From an uncultured Mycoplasmatota bacterium (lineage in GTDB: Bacteria; Bacillota_I; Bacilli_A; RF39; UBA660), in the NCBI GenBank assembly GCA_948467605.1, contig CAOKET010000001.1:1721-65720 (forward strand): 64,000 nucleotides of DNA. Direction: 5' to 3'. Below the pieces are notes generated by a model. That model worked only from the letters and a program-made list of their open reading frames with translations, was not told the origin of the DNA and did not search any database. The position numbers and the translations under genes were made by a program. Every line of letters begins with the position of its first letter. Within the stretch, counting starts at the first letter, position 1. Below are positions 19,901 to 30,300 of this stretch, one piece after another.

Positions 19901-20795
19901 TGATGGATTAGATAAGAATAAGGTTGATTTAGTATATATGTATTATGGAAGTGTTAAATCATATAATGATGCTTGGACTATTACAGTTGAGGAATTTGTA
20001 AATCACTTAAATAATAAAATATTATCTGATAGCAGATTTAATGATTTTATATCTACTGATATGAGAAATGATATAGTATCAGCGAGAGATACTATTAAAG
20101 ATGCTAAAAAGTTATTGATAGGAGATAAATATTCAAGGATTGTTATTAATACTAAGTTAGATTCTGAGTCAGAAGAAACTTTTGAATTTATTCAAAATTT
20201 AAAAGATACGTTTGGCAGTGATGTATATATTATAGGAGATTCTCCTATGGCATATGAAATGAGTAAGACATTTAATAGTGAATTAGACTTTATAACACTT
20301 CTTACAATAATTGCTATATTTATAGTTGTTGCATTTACATTTAAGTCTCTTATTATTCCTATTATATTGGTAGTAATAATACAATGTGCTGTATTTATGA
20401 CAATGGGGATATTATCCTTAGCGGGGGATAGTGTTTACTTTATAGCGATTTTAATAGTACAAAGTATATTGATGGGTGCAACTATAGATTATGCAATACT
20501 TTATACATCTTATTATATAGAACATAGAAGAACTATGAATGTTAAAGATTCTATTATAAATTCTTATAATCAATCAATAAATACAATTTTAACATCTGCT
20601 TCAATTTTAATTATAGTAACATTAATAGTTGGCCATTTTGCATCTGCAATAGCGGCAAAAATATGTAAAACGATATCACAAGGAACTATGTGTGCATTAG
20701 TGCTAGTATTAGTATTATTGCCACCTATTTTGGCTGGCTTTGATAAACTTATAGTCAAAAATAAAATAGATAAGGTAAAAAAGAAAACAAGATAA
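16938..20795 (+). CDS. MMPL/RND family transporter with large repeat insertion
   Basis: Two TM blocks with LQMALSMDYSI and LMGATIDYAIL motifs; about 700-aa soluble insert. Confidence 0.9.
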   Translation: MRKIADFVVEKRRFILTIFIIFSVIAVILRSHVNINYDIAKYLPSTSETRIGMDIMESEFEETESSFNLMFKGLKEVEKDKIYNELKGINGVSSIDYDKTSDYNKNNATLYIVNVGDSKDSKLATDVFNEITEKYNEYDIYTSGDISQRNAPVLKFWIIVLAVLCALVILIIMCESYIEPFLFLTAILMGVLLNSGTNIIFSNVSYITNSICAILQMALSMDYSIMLMNRYRQEREHEENKSTAMKNTLRNAFLSISSSSVTTIVGLLVLVFMSFRIGRDLGFVLAKGVLFSLICILLVLSALILMFDKLISKTKKKCPNIRLNKLGKLIYRFRYIAIPFFIIILLFSYFEKGNLGILYTSKQDDEISKVFAENNQIAIIYKNKDEEKVSKHLKQLESMKKIDLVLGYSNTINEKLKYNELNLKLNDLSSDVSVDDYLLKIIYYNYYNKDENNKMSFNEFVSFIKNDVYSNQNISEKIDNETKSNIDRLENFTNGVKVNSKRNLNDISNILGIDDKKIYDILTYYNSKHNNLVLGMNDFISFMKSDVLTNNTYSSGISSSSKSSLNMLSNFSTKDKFNAKMSSNELANLFGIDEEKMEQLYTYYINVGDISTKLTLQEFSSFVLNNVITNDQYSSLFDEVTINSIKTLNTFSNKNIIEKDMNSTQLSSMFGISEDIIKQLMLLKYSNQDNGTKLSILEFINYVTYIKNNTSYLDNIDLSSIDNLKLYVDTLDEKSKNTKLTATELSTLVGIDSTQLYSLYALIDLVQGNTNNWVMSPNELVSLILNNESIKNTIDASTLGQLTLLSTIMDSTLNNISYTYSELSNFIGLDVISSRNIYTLYIMSNTGVKISSYDFVNFVLNHSSDSALSGNFDKNTLDKLKLLQLVMNDVNNNKKYNSSELSKLLGIDKSSLDLIYGLYISKSNNTTISLKELVSFLVTDMMKNESFKDNFDQDSRTKINTINQIINSSSNNVLYTKDELYDIASKLSDGLDKNKVDLVYMYYGSVKSYNDAWTITVEEFVNHLNNKILSDSRFNDFISTDMRNDIVSARDTIKDAKKLLIGDKYSRIVINTKLDSESEETFEFIQNLKDTFGSDVYIIGDSPMAYEMSKTFNSELDFITLLTIIAIFIVVAFTFKSLIIPIILVVIIQCAVFMTMGILSLAGDSVYFIAILIVQSILMGATIDYAILYTSYYIEHRRTMNVKDSIINSYNQSINTILTSASILIIVTLIVGHFASAIAAKICKTISQGTMCALVLVLVLLPPILAGFDKLIVKNKIDKVKKKTR
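18297..20050 (+). repeat. About 7-8 tandem ~80-aa degenerate protein repeats inside MMPL
   Basis: Recurrent K(M/L)Sxx(E/D)FxxF...(E/Q)LSxx(F/L)GID...(L/I)YxxY units. Confidence 0.8.
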
Positions 20796-20812
20796 ATTGC
20801 TATCTTGTTTTT
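20784..20812 (+). terminator. Intrinsic terminator after MMPL gene
   Basis: AAAACAAGATA-aattgc-TATCTTGTTTT. Confidence 0.7.
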
Positions 20813-20885
20813 GTTTATATTGTGTGTTAAAATACATAAATAAAAAATTATACTTTATAATTTAGTTATATTTTAGGGTGGTTAT

Positions 20886-21686
20886 ATGGATATAGAATTA
20901 TTGGAGAAATTTAAGAAGAAAGTTGAAATGGAAAGTACCTATGATAAGTTACTAAGTCGTAAGGCAATAGATACATTAATAGATTATTTTGATGTTGATG
21001 TTGAAGAAATCCATTATTCTAAAACTATATTTAGTCCAAAAGAACTAGCATTATCATTTTATCAAGTGTATTTTCCAGGGTATTATGAAATAATTTTAGA
21101 TGGTATATTAACAGGAAAAATATTGATAAGTAATAGCGTAAAACAATCTGTTACATATTTAGATACTGGTGAGGCACAAATAAAGACGTTTAATACAGAT
21201 AAAGATGTATTTGAGATTGTACATGAATTTGCTCATTATATTGATTTGCATTTATATCCCCATTTAGTTGGAGAGTATATATTATTTTCAGAGGTAGTTT
21301 CATTTTATTTTGAAAAGTGCTTTGAGAAGATTTATCAAAAATATTATTTATATTTAATACATATACGAAGAAATAATAGGTTATTTTATGAATGTGAGAT
21401 GCTTAAAGTTATAAGATATATGTTAGAATATGAGGACTATTATAAACAACATGGTAATATAGATGCAATAATAGATGAAGATAGAATAAAACTAATAATG
21501 AGTTATAAATCTAATAACACAGTTAATACATTATTAAAGTATCCACTTGCTAATTTAATATCAAATTATATGATAATTAATGACATTAAGATGAGGCAAA
21601 ATATAGACGAATATATAATGAGTGAATTTAATTTATTCGAATTAATGGGAGATAATGATGTAAGAAAATCTATTATGGTAAAATAA
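20886..21686 (+). CDS. HEXXH gluzincin-like (M3-like) metallopeptidase, paralogue A
   Basis: VHEFAHYID...FSEVVSFYFE...KYPLANLIS. Confidence 0.65.
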   Translation: MDIELLEKFKKKVEMESTYDKLLSRKAIDTLIDYFDVDVEEIHYSKTIFSPKELALSFYQVYFPGYYEIILDGILTGKILISNSVKQSVTYLDTGEAQIKTFNTDKDVFEIVHEFAHYIDLHLYPHLVGEYILFSEVVSFYFEKCFEKIYQKYYLYLIHIRRNNRLFYECEMLKVIRYMLEYEDYYKQHGNIDAIIDEDRIKLIMSYKSNNTVNTLLKYPLANLISNYMIINDIKMRQNIDEYIMSEFNLFELMGDNDVRKSIMVK

Positions 21687-21748
21687 AAACCTGCAATATA
21701 GAAATTTTGTTAAAAGTACTGTATAATTAATTTAGAGGTGAAATTATA

Positions 21749-22651
21749 ATGATAGATTTACATATTCATACGGTTCGTTCAGATGGGGATTTTACAGTAG
21801 AGGAAATCTTGAAAAAAGCACAGGGAAAAAATTTAGATATAATTTCTATAACAGATCATAATAATATACGTGCATATGATGATTTAAAGTTATTGGACGT
21901 TTCAAAATTATATAATGGTAATATTATTACAGGTACTGAACTTGAATTTGTATATAATGGTAGGTTATTTGATATGTTAGGGTATGGTTTTGATGTTGAA
22001 AAACTTAAAGAAACAGAGATTATTAAAAAGGGCTATGAACATTCTACCATTGAAGGACAAACTCAAATTTTAAATTTCCTTAAGAGTGTTTGCGATGAAC
22101 TTGGTATCAAATATGATAGTGACCTTAAAATCCCAACTCCAAATTATATGGCAAATGATGTATTGATTGATAATATATTAGAATATCCTGAAAATAAAGA
22201 GATTCTTGATAAAATGGGAATAAGTGATCGCTCTAGTTTTTATAGAAAGCATTTTTGCGAGGTTACAAGTCCATTTTATTACGATCAAACTGCTGGAAAA
22301 GAAGATATATTTTATGTTACATCTAAAATACATGAGGCAGGTGGTAAATGTTTTTTAGCACATCCTTTTGTTTATCATTTGGATAATATAGAAGAAATAA
22401 TGAATATTTTTGTTTCTTATGGAATTATAGATGGTATTGAATGTTTTCATCGTAAGCATTCAAAAGAACAAATAGAGTATTTGTGTAGATATTGTGATAA
22501 AAATAATTTGCTTAAGAGTGGTGGTAGTGATTTTCATATAGAAAGTCATTGTTTGGGATATGCTAATAAGGGAAATGTAAGCATACCAAATGATTTAGTA
22601 GATGATTGGATAGATGCATTTATAAAATATAATGATATTAAACGTTATTAA
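21749..22651 (+). CDS. PHP domain phosphoesterase (TrpH/YciV-like)
   Basis: DLHIHTVRSDG, ITDHN, GTEL, LAHP, GGSDFH. Confidence 0.92.
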   Translation: MIDLHIHTVRSDGDFTVEEILKKAQGKNLDIISITDHNNIRAYDDLKLLDVSKLYNGNIITGTELEFVYNGRLFDMLGYGFDVEKLKETEIIKKGYEHSTIEGQTQILNFLKSVCDELGIKYDSDLKIPTPNYMANDVLIDNILEYPENKEILDKMGISDRSSFYRKHFCEVTSPFYYDQTAGKEDIFYVTSKIHEAGGKCFLAHPFVYHLDNIEEIMNIFVSYGIIDGIECFHRKHSKEQIEYLCRYCDKNNLLKSGGSDFHIESHCLGYANKGNVSIPNDLVDDWIDAFIKYNDIKRY

Positions 22652-22670
22652 TTATATATAGGAGGGTAAA

Positions 22671-23513
22671 ATGGATACAGGGTTGTTGGAAAAGTTTAAG
22701 AGGAAAGTTGAAATGGAAAGTACTTATAATAAATTATTAAGTCGTAAGGCGATAAATACATTAATAAATTATTTTGATGTTGATATTGAAGAGATTACTT
22801 ATTCTAACACAATATCTAATCCAAAAGAACTAGCATTATCATATTATCAAGAGTATTTTCCAGAGTATTATAAAATAATTTTAGATGGAATAAAAACGGG
22901 AAAAATAAAAATAGGTAGTGATATTGAAAAGAGTGAAGTATTGGAAGATGGAAAATGCTTTATAAAATTAAATAATGATGATTTTGATTTAATTGTAATT
23001 GTTCATGAATTAGGTCATTATATTAATAATAATATCACATCTAAATTTGTACAAAAGCATAGAATATTTGGAGAAGTAGTGTCATTTTATTTTGAAAAGG
23101 ATTTTGAAGAGAAAAATATAGGTAAATATGGGAATTTATTTTCTGCTAGAAGGAGTCACCGTATTCTTAGTGAACGTAAGATGATACACGCTATTAAATA
23201 TATGTTAGAATATGAAGATTATTATTTAGAACATGGTAATATAGATGCAATAATAGATGAGAAAAAAATAAAACTAATATTAAAATTATCATCTTATCAT
23301 TGTATTGGATATGGTGAATATGACACGGTTAATACATTATTAAAGTATCCACTTGCTAATTTAATATCAAGTTATATGATAATTAATGATCTTGAGATGA
23401 AGCAAAATATAGATGAATATATTATTTACAATATTGATTTATTTGAATTAATGGAAGATGAGAGAATAAGAAAATCTATATTAATAGATGAAAACTTACA
23501 AAAATTGGCGTAA
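22671..23513 (+). CDS. HEXXH gluzincin-like (M3-like) metallopeptidase, paralogue B
   Basis: VHELGHYIN...FGEVVSFYFE...KYPLANLIS; long identical blocks shared with 20886 gene. Confidence 0.65.
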   Translation: MDTGLLEKFKRKVEMESTYNKLLSRKAINTLINYFDVDIEEITYSNTISNPKELALSYYQEYFPEYYKIILDGIKTGKIKIGSDIEKSEVLEDGKCFIKLNNDDFDLIVIVHELGHYINNNITSKFVQKHRIFGEVVSFYFEKDFEEKNIGKYGNLFSARRSHRILSERKMIHAIKYMLEYEDYYLEHGNIDAIIDEKKIKLILKLSSYHCIGYGEYDTVNTLLKYPLANLISSYMIINDLEMKQNIDEYIIYNIDLFELMEDERIRKSILIDENLQKLA

Positions 23514-23525
23514 GTTTTTATTAAA

Positions 23526-24401
23526 TTAATTAATTTTTTTAAGTACAAATTGTCCATTATCTTGTTGTTCTTCTATAAATTCAGTTTTAAATGTAATATC
23601 ATTTGAGAGATTATCTTTTAAATTATAACTTACAATACATTGTGAGTTTTTACTTAAATTTCCAAGTTTAATGGTTATATTTTTCTTTTCATGTTTAAAA
23701 AACATAATTTTTTCTAAATAAAGGTAGAGTTTTATTCTTTCAAATGGTCCATTAACTTTACCTATATTAATTAGATGTTGATTTGCGAAATTCATTTTTA
23801 AATCGAATAGTGTATATAAATCATCTGTATTAATTCCAAAATGTTTACATACTAATTTTCTATTTGTCATTTCTTGATGAAGTATATTAAAAAAGTTAGT
23901 TAGGTTTGTGTCTTGTGGATAAATGTGTAAATATTTATCTATTTTTTCTATATATTCTGGTTTAAGTTGGATTAAATTTGGAAAGTTTTTATTAAGTGTT
24001 CTATATCGTGGTACTACTCCAAATTCTGTTGTTTTTAAACCATATTGATTATTAAAAAGGTCGTTTAATGGGTCTAGATAATATAGTCCATAATCTCCTT
24101 CTACTACAATAGCGAATAGTGGAATTTTTGCACTGTTTGCCGCTGTTTTAAATGCTTTAATATTAAATTCTGCAAAAAGATTAACATAAAAATCGGCTAA
24201 AGTGCTACATACAATGTATTTACCATTGTTTATAAAACCTAATTTGTATTGTCTATATTTTTCTTCATCACTTGCTAAAAAATAATTTAAGTCTCTTTCG
24301 AAAAAAGGTGCTAAACTAATATATAAATATCTTATAATGTAATCCTTTGGCCATGACTTATCCACTTTATTAATTATTTCTTTCATTTCGTTAGTAATCA
24401 T
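23526..24401 (-). CDS. Transglutaminase/papain-fold-like orphan
   Basis: RYLYISLA...IVCSTLADFY...YYLDPLNDL pattern; expected catalytic His not evident. Confidence 0.5.
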   Translation of the reverse strand: MITNEMKEIINKVDKSWPKDYIIRYLYISLAPFFERDLNYFLASDEEKYRQYKLGFINNGKYIVCSTLADFYVNLFAEFNIKAFKTAANSAKIPLFAIVVEGDYGLYYLDPLNDLFNNQYGLKTTEFGVVPRYRTLNKNFPNLIQLKPEYIEKIDKYLHIYPQDTNLTNFFNILHQEMTNRKLVCKHFGINTDDLYTLFDLKMNFANQHLINIGKVNGPFERIKLYLYLEKIMFFKHEKKNITIKLGNLSKNSQCIVSYNLKDNLSNDITFKTEFIEEQQDNGQFVLKKIN

Positions 24402-24569
24402 TTTTATCTCCTTTGTTGTTAGAATAACATTATAAATGATTTAAATTTATATGTAAATAGTAAATATATAGTTAGATAATAAGGGTGGTAAGAAATTACA
24501 AGTATAGATGCATTATACTTATATTTATTTTTAAAGTTATACATGATATAATTTATTTGGTGATTATGT

Positions 24570-25958
24570 ATGTATGATGTTGTAATAATAGGTGCTGGAC
24601 CATCTGGTTTATTTGCTGCTTATGAACTTTCAAAGAAAAATATTAAAGTTGCTCTTATAGATAAAGGTGCTTTGGCGGAAAAACGAGCATGTCCTATTTC
24701 TAAAACTGGTAGTGAATGTAAGAATTGTAAGCCATGTTCAATTTTATCTGGCTTTGGTGGAGCAGGAACTTTTTCTGATGGTAAGTTAAACTTTATTCCT
24801 AAAATAGGAAAGTCAGATTTATTTAAATATATGAGTAAGAGTGAAGCGTATAAATTGATTGATGATACTGAGACAATATTTAATAAATTTGGCATGGATG
24901 CAGAAGTGTATCCTACAAATATGGATGAGGCTTTAGAGATTAAAAAAAAGATAACTAAGATTGGTGCAGATTTGCTTATTATTAGACAAAAACATTTAGG
25001 TTCAGATAATCTACCTAAGTATATAGAAAATTTTACTAAATATTTAGTTGATAATGGAGTTGATATATATCCTAAATTTAATGTATTGGATATAGAAAAG
25101 TGTGAAGATAATTCTTATAATATTATTTGTGAGAATAGTAATGGTGGGGAGAGTATAAAGTGCAAATATTGTATTGTAGCCCCTGGTAGAACAGGTGCTA
25201 AATGGGTTCAAAAAATTGCTGAGAAGTATAATGCAGAATATCTTTCACAAAGTATTGAAATTGGTGTTAGAGTAGAGGTAAGGAAACAGATATTGGAGGA
25301 TATTACAAATATAATATATGATCCAACTATTTTTATTAAAACAGATACATATGGAGATGAAATTAGAACTTTTTGTACTAATCCAGGTGGTTTTGTATCA
25401 AAAGAAAATTATGAAGGATATATATGTGTAAATGGACACGCATTAAAAAATATAAAATCTGAAAATAGTAATTTCGCATTTATTTCAAAGGTAACTCTTA
25501 CACATCCAACTACAAATACTCGTGATTATGGTGAGTCAATTGCACATATCGCATCAGTATTGGGTGATGGTAAACCAATTGTTCAGACTTTAAAAGATTT
25601 AAGGAATGGTCGTCGTAGTGAATGGCATCGTATAGAGAAAGGCTTTATAGAACCAACTCTTAAGGATTGTGTTGCTGGAGATTTGGCATTAGTTTTACCT
25701 TATAGGATAATAACTAATATCGTTGAGGGACTTGAAAAATTAGATTGTATTATACCAGGAGTTGCAAATGATGATACTTTATTGTATGGTCCAGAGATTA
25801 AGTTTTTCAGTAATGAAATAAAGACTGATAATAAATTTAAGTTGGAAAACGAAAATCTTTATTTTGTAGGGGACGGTGCTGGTAAGGCTGGAAATATAGT
25901 TACAGCAGCGGCTACTGGTTTATTAGCGGCAAGAGATATAGTTGATAAATTTGGTTAA
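24570..25958 (+). CDS. FAD-dependent oxidoreductase (COG2509-like)
   Basis: IIGAGPSG, CKNCKPC, GFGGAGTFSDGK, RTFCTNPGG, GDGAG. Confidence 0.9.
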   Translation: MYDVVIIGAGPSGLFAAYELSKKNIKVALIDKGALAEKRACPISKTGSECKNCKPCSILSGFGGAGTFSDGKLNFIPKIGKSDLFKYMSKSEAYKLIDDTETIFNKFGMDAEVYPTNMDEALEIKKKITKIGADLLIIRQKHLGSDNLPKYIENFTKYLVDNGVDIYPKFNVLDIEKCEDNSYNIICENSNGGESIKCKYCIVAPGRTGAKWVQKIAEKYNAEYLSQSIEIGVRVEVRKQILEDITNIIYDPTIFIKTDTYGDEIRTFCTNPGGFVSKENYEGYICVNGHALKNIKSENSNFAFISKVTLTHPTTNTRDYGESIAHIASVLGDGKPIVQTLKDLRNGRRSEWHRIEKGFIEPTLKDCVAGDLALVLPYRIITNIVEGLEKLDCIIPGVANDDTLLYGPEIKFFSNEIKTDNKFKLENENLYFVGDGAGKAGNIVTAAATGLLAARDIVDKFG

Positions 25959-25990
25959 TATATTTAAATGATATGAGGTGTTTAGGATAT

Positions 25991-26521
25991 ATGGATAATT
26001 ATGATATAGTTGATATATATGATGAAAATAAACAAAAAACTGGTAAAACTAAAATTAGACATAAAGATATATTAGAGAATGGTGAGTATATTATAGGTGT
26101 TCAAGCCATTATAATTAATTCAGACTATGAAATTTTAATTAGTAAAAGATCCGAAAAAAAACGTGCATATCCTTTAATGTGGGAATGTAATGGTGGTGCA
26201 CTTTTATCGGGTGAAACTTTTTTAGAGGGTATATTAAGAGAGATAAAAGAGGAATTAGGTATAGACTTTAATAGTGATGATGCTGTATTTCTTAAGTCAG
26301 TAAAAAGGGAACATGAGTTTAAAGAAATATATTTATTTAATAAAGATATAGATATAACTTATATTAAGTTTTGTGATAATGAGGCAATAGACGCTAAATG
26401 GGTAAGTATAAATCAATTTATGGATATGTTTAATAATAATGAGATTGTTCCTAATGTTGATTTTGGAATAGAAGAATATAATAAATGTTTAGAAATTATT
26501 AATAAGAAGACAGATAAGTAG
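25991..26521 (+). CDS. NUDIX hydrolase
   Basis: GGALLSGETFLEGILREIKEELGI Nudix box. Confidence 0.92.
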   Translation: MDNYDIVDIYDENKQKTGKTKIRHKDILENGEYIIGVQAIIINSDYEILISKRSEKKRAYPLMWECNGGALLSGETFLEGILREIKEELGIDFNSDDAVFLKSVKREHEFKEIYLFNKDIDITYIKFCDNEAIDAKWVSINQFMDMFNNNEIVPNVDFGIEEYNKCLEIINKKTDK

Positions 26522-26538
26522 TATTATCTGTTTTTTTT
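26510..26538 (+). terminator. Intrinsic terminator
   Basis: ACAGATAA-gtagta-TTATCTGT plus T run. Confidence 0.75.
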
Positions 26539-26652
26539 AAACCATTGTTCTTTGAAATAGATTCATATATTATGTAGATTATATTTTGTGGTATTTTTAT
26601 GTTATTATAAAAATAATAATTATATTATTAAAAATTTATAGGAGTGATTTAT

Positions 26653-27168
26653 GTGTTAAAATCTATATTATCAAAAAAAGTTGAGGTAAGAGATACTAGT
26701 CTAAATGGTAAAGGTACATTTGCTATTGAAGATATAAAAAAGGGAGAAGTGGTTTTTATTAGAGGGGGTCATTTGTTGACGAGAGATGAAATATTTCATT
26801 ATACAAATGAAGATTGTCCAGATGGTTATTGGCCAATAACGGATGATGTATGGTTAGGTGCAATAAGTGAAGAAGAATTTCCTTATCAGAAAGTATATGT
26901 AAATCACTCTTGTAATGCAAATTGTGGTATTACAGGGGAAATAACAGTGGTAGCAATGAGAGATATTAAGAGTGGTGAAGAAATTACTCAGGATTATGGA
27001 CTTTTAGATCATAATAGTTTTTCTTTTAAATGTACCTGTGGTTCAGAAAACTGTAGGAAAGTAATTACGGGTGATGATTGGAAAATAAAAGAACTTCAGG
27101 ATAAGTATTATGATTATTTTAATAGTTATATTAAAGAAAAAATAGATAAAGAACGATTAAATAAATAG
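26653..27168 (+). CDS. SET domain protein-lysine methyltransferase with post-SET
   Basis: GKGTFA, VNHSCNANC, RDIKSGEEITQDY, CTCGSENCR. Confidence 0.92.
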   Translation: MLKSILSKKVEVRDTSLNGKGTFAIEDIKKGEVVFIRGGHLLTRDEIFHYTNEDCPDGYWPITDDVWLGAISEEEFPYQKVYVNHSCNANCGITGEITVVAMRDIKSGEEITQDYGLLDHNSFSFKCTCGSENCRKVITGDDWKIKELQDKYYDYFNSYIKEKIDKERLNK

Positions 27169-27360
27169 TGCTTTTAATAAGTTTATTAATTATATTGCTA
27201 ATATAAATAATTATTTTACAATATCAATGTAAACATATACTAATGGTTTACATTTTTTGCTTGAAAAATTTTCTAAAAAGAGATAACATCATTATTGTAA
27301 AAACACTTGCATATTTAAATGATTTGCATTAAAATATCCACTAAAAAGGAAGTATGTTTT

Positions 27361-30300
27361 ATGAAAAAAGTAAAAGATAAATTTAATAAAAAAGGTAATT
27401 TGGCATTGATTGTGGTAGCAACATTATTTTTAACATTTATAGTAGTGTTGAATATTAATTTTATTAAAGAAGATATTCCAATGCAATCCTTTAATTATTC
27501 ATTCTCTAATACTTACTTATCTTATAATAAAGATGATGTTAGGTATTTATCAGATCTTAATTTTATTATGGATAATAACTGGTCATATAATGGTTGGGCT
27601 GGTCATAGTCTTCAAAAGGATAAGAATCAGGAGGGAACTCCATTAAGCCTTTTGATAGATGGTGAAAGACGTTATTTTTCCAAAGGTATAGGTATTCATG
27701 GAAAGGGGCAGGCAACTTTTGACATTTCAGCATTATCAACTGAATTTCCTCGTTTTATTGCTAAAATTGGAGTCGATGCTTCAAGGGGAAGTAACGGAAA
27801 TATTTGGATTCAAATTTTAGTATCAAATAATGGTACTAATTGGACATCTCTATTAAAGACTGGAAATATGACTGGTACGACAAATGCTGTAGATGTTGAT
27901 GTAAATGTTAGTGGGTATAAATATTTAAGAATATATGTTGATCCAGTTGGAAGTAATGCTGCTGATCATGGTACTATTGCTAATGCAAGGCTAGTAAAAG
28001 CAAACTTCGATAAAAATTCAGTTGTATATGACAAAATAAAAACATATCAATACTATGATGAAATTTTGCGTACTCAAGATGCTAGTTATAACTATAAAAA
28101 TAACTATAGACAAATACTTGAGAGAGAATTTGTAAAGAAAATTGGTTATTGGAACATCCAAGATCTTGTAGAACATACTAAAGGTATGTATGAAACTATT
28201 GAATGGATTTTAAGTAATAATGAAACTATCGAGCAAATCATTGAAGTTGGAGAAATTTCTAATACTTTAACTTTTATGAATGTTTTAAATGATTTATATA
28301 CAAAAAATAAAGAAATATTAAATACTCAAAATGGTTATGTTTATAAAAAAATGATGATTGGTCTAGCAGCGGCTTATTCTACTGATAGAATTATTTCACC
28401 ACTTTCATTTTCTTTTCAAACCCCAACTTATGATTATATGGAACGATTTGAATTAATGAAACAATTATTTGATAATAATAAACTTATGAGAGTTAAAACT
28501 AATGCTCTATCGGGTGAATTTGTGGTTAATGATTGGTTTAAGGATTATCACGTTGAGTTAATGCGTATGGTTATGCAGGATGGTACAAGTAATGGGGATC
28601 TTATATGGCTTAATGGTTTTACTAGTGAAAAACAAAGTGTAAGTTTCTATATGATAGGTTATGTTTCACCAGTTTATACACAAGATAAGTTTTACGATGA
28701 GGCTAATAAAGAAACATATGACCAAAGATTTTATTTAACTAAATATGGGGTTCCATATGGACTTACAAATGGAGTCAAAGTTCCAAGATATTGGATGGTT
28801 TTTGCCAATGGTGGAATTTGTTGGAATGCTTCTCGTGTTGGTCAAAGTATGTATCGTGTTAATGGTCTTCCTGCTACTGGCGCTTATCAAGTGGGCCATG
28901 AATTATATATACAATATTATGAAGATGGAAATGGTAATGGATATTGGACACCAAGATATGGTAATTGGAGCGGTGCTGGAAGTACATGGGGTGGAGGAAA
29001 TCCTTATCGTTATATATTCAACTGGAACAATAAATCTTTTACTGACAAACACATTAGTGGTTCTAAGGTAGCATCAAGTACTGGTTACTTGTATTTAGGA
29101 CAGGCAAATTTAAATAATTACGAACAATATAAAAAGTCTCTATATTATAATTTACTGGCTAATTCTTATACAGATAATGCTAAAAAGTTGGAAACTTATT
29201 TTAAGGCGTTAGAAATTAATGATTTGAACTTAGATAGTTATGATTATATTATTTCTCTTTATAAAAAAATGAGCGTTAAAAATGATGGTGGAACGATAAC
29301 ATCTAATGATTGGTATAATTTAGCAAATAAGATAATTGATGCATATACTTATTATCCTGTTGCAATGTTTGATTTATTAAAAGTTATAAGACCATATTTA
29401 GAAGGTGCTGAAAGATTAGATATTGATAGGCTTGAAAAGGAGGCTTTAACAAAGGCTACTCAAGCAACAACAAACGAAACTATTCAAGTTGATGGTGTTA
29501 GAACACATGCTAGACAGCTTTTAGGAAAAGCACAACCTGATCCAATATCATTCTCATTTGATGGAGAAAATGCTGGTAAAATAGTTAAAAACCCTAATTA
29601 TTCTATTGCATATGGCTATAGTTTAGATGGTGGAAAAACATTCTCTAAACAAGTAATGGATGATTCGATTACTTTAACTAAAGAAGAGTTAGAACGTATT
29701 ACTGCCGAAAATGATATTATAATTAATTTTATGGGATTGAGTTATACATTTAGAATTGATATTACAAAAGGTGTAATACCTTCAACTATTTATGCTAATG
29801 ATTTGGAAAATCGTGTTGTAGGTGTAAATACAACTTTTGAATGGAGAAATTCCCAGAGTGATTCTTGGAAATCTTATAAAGATAAAAGTCCAGATTTAAC
29901 AGGTGATAAAACTGTTCAACTTAGAGTAGGTGCAACTGGAACGAAACTTCCAAGTGATTATGTAACATATACTTTTACACAGGATAATCAACCAAATACA
30001 AGAAAATATGTTCCCGTATCACATTTAAGCATACATGATGTATCTACTCAAGCGACAAATAATCAGGGGTCCGCTGCATTTGCAATAGATGGAAATTATA
30101 ACACAAGATGGCATAGTGCTTGGAATGGAACAGACACTCAAAGGTTTATAACAATTAAGTTAGATAAACCTAGATATGTATCTGCAGTAGAATTTGTACC
30201 TGCAGGTGGTGGTAATGGAAGAATTAATGATGGTACAGTTTGGGGAAGTATGGATGGTGTGACTTGGGAAAAGTTATCAGAAATGAAAAATATTACTTAT

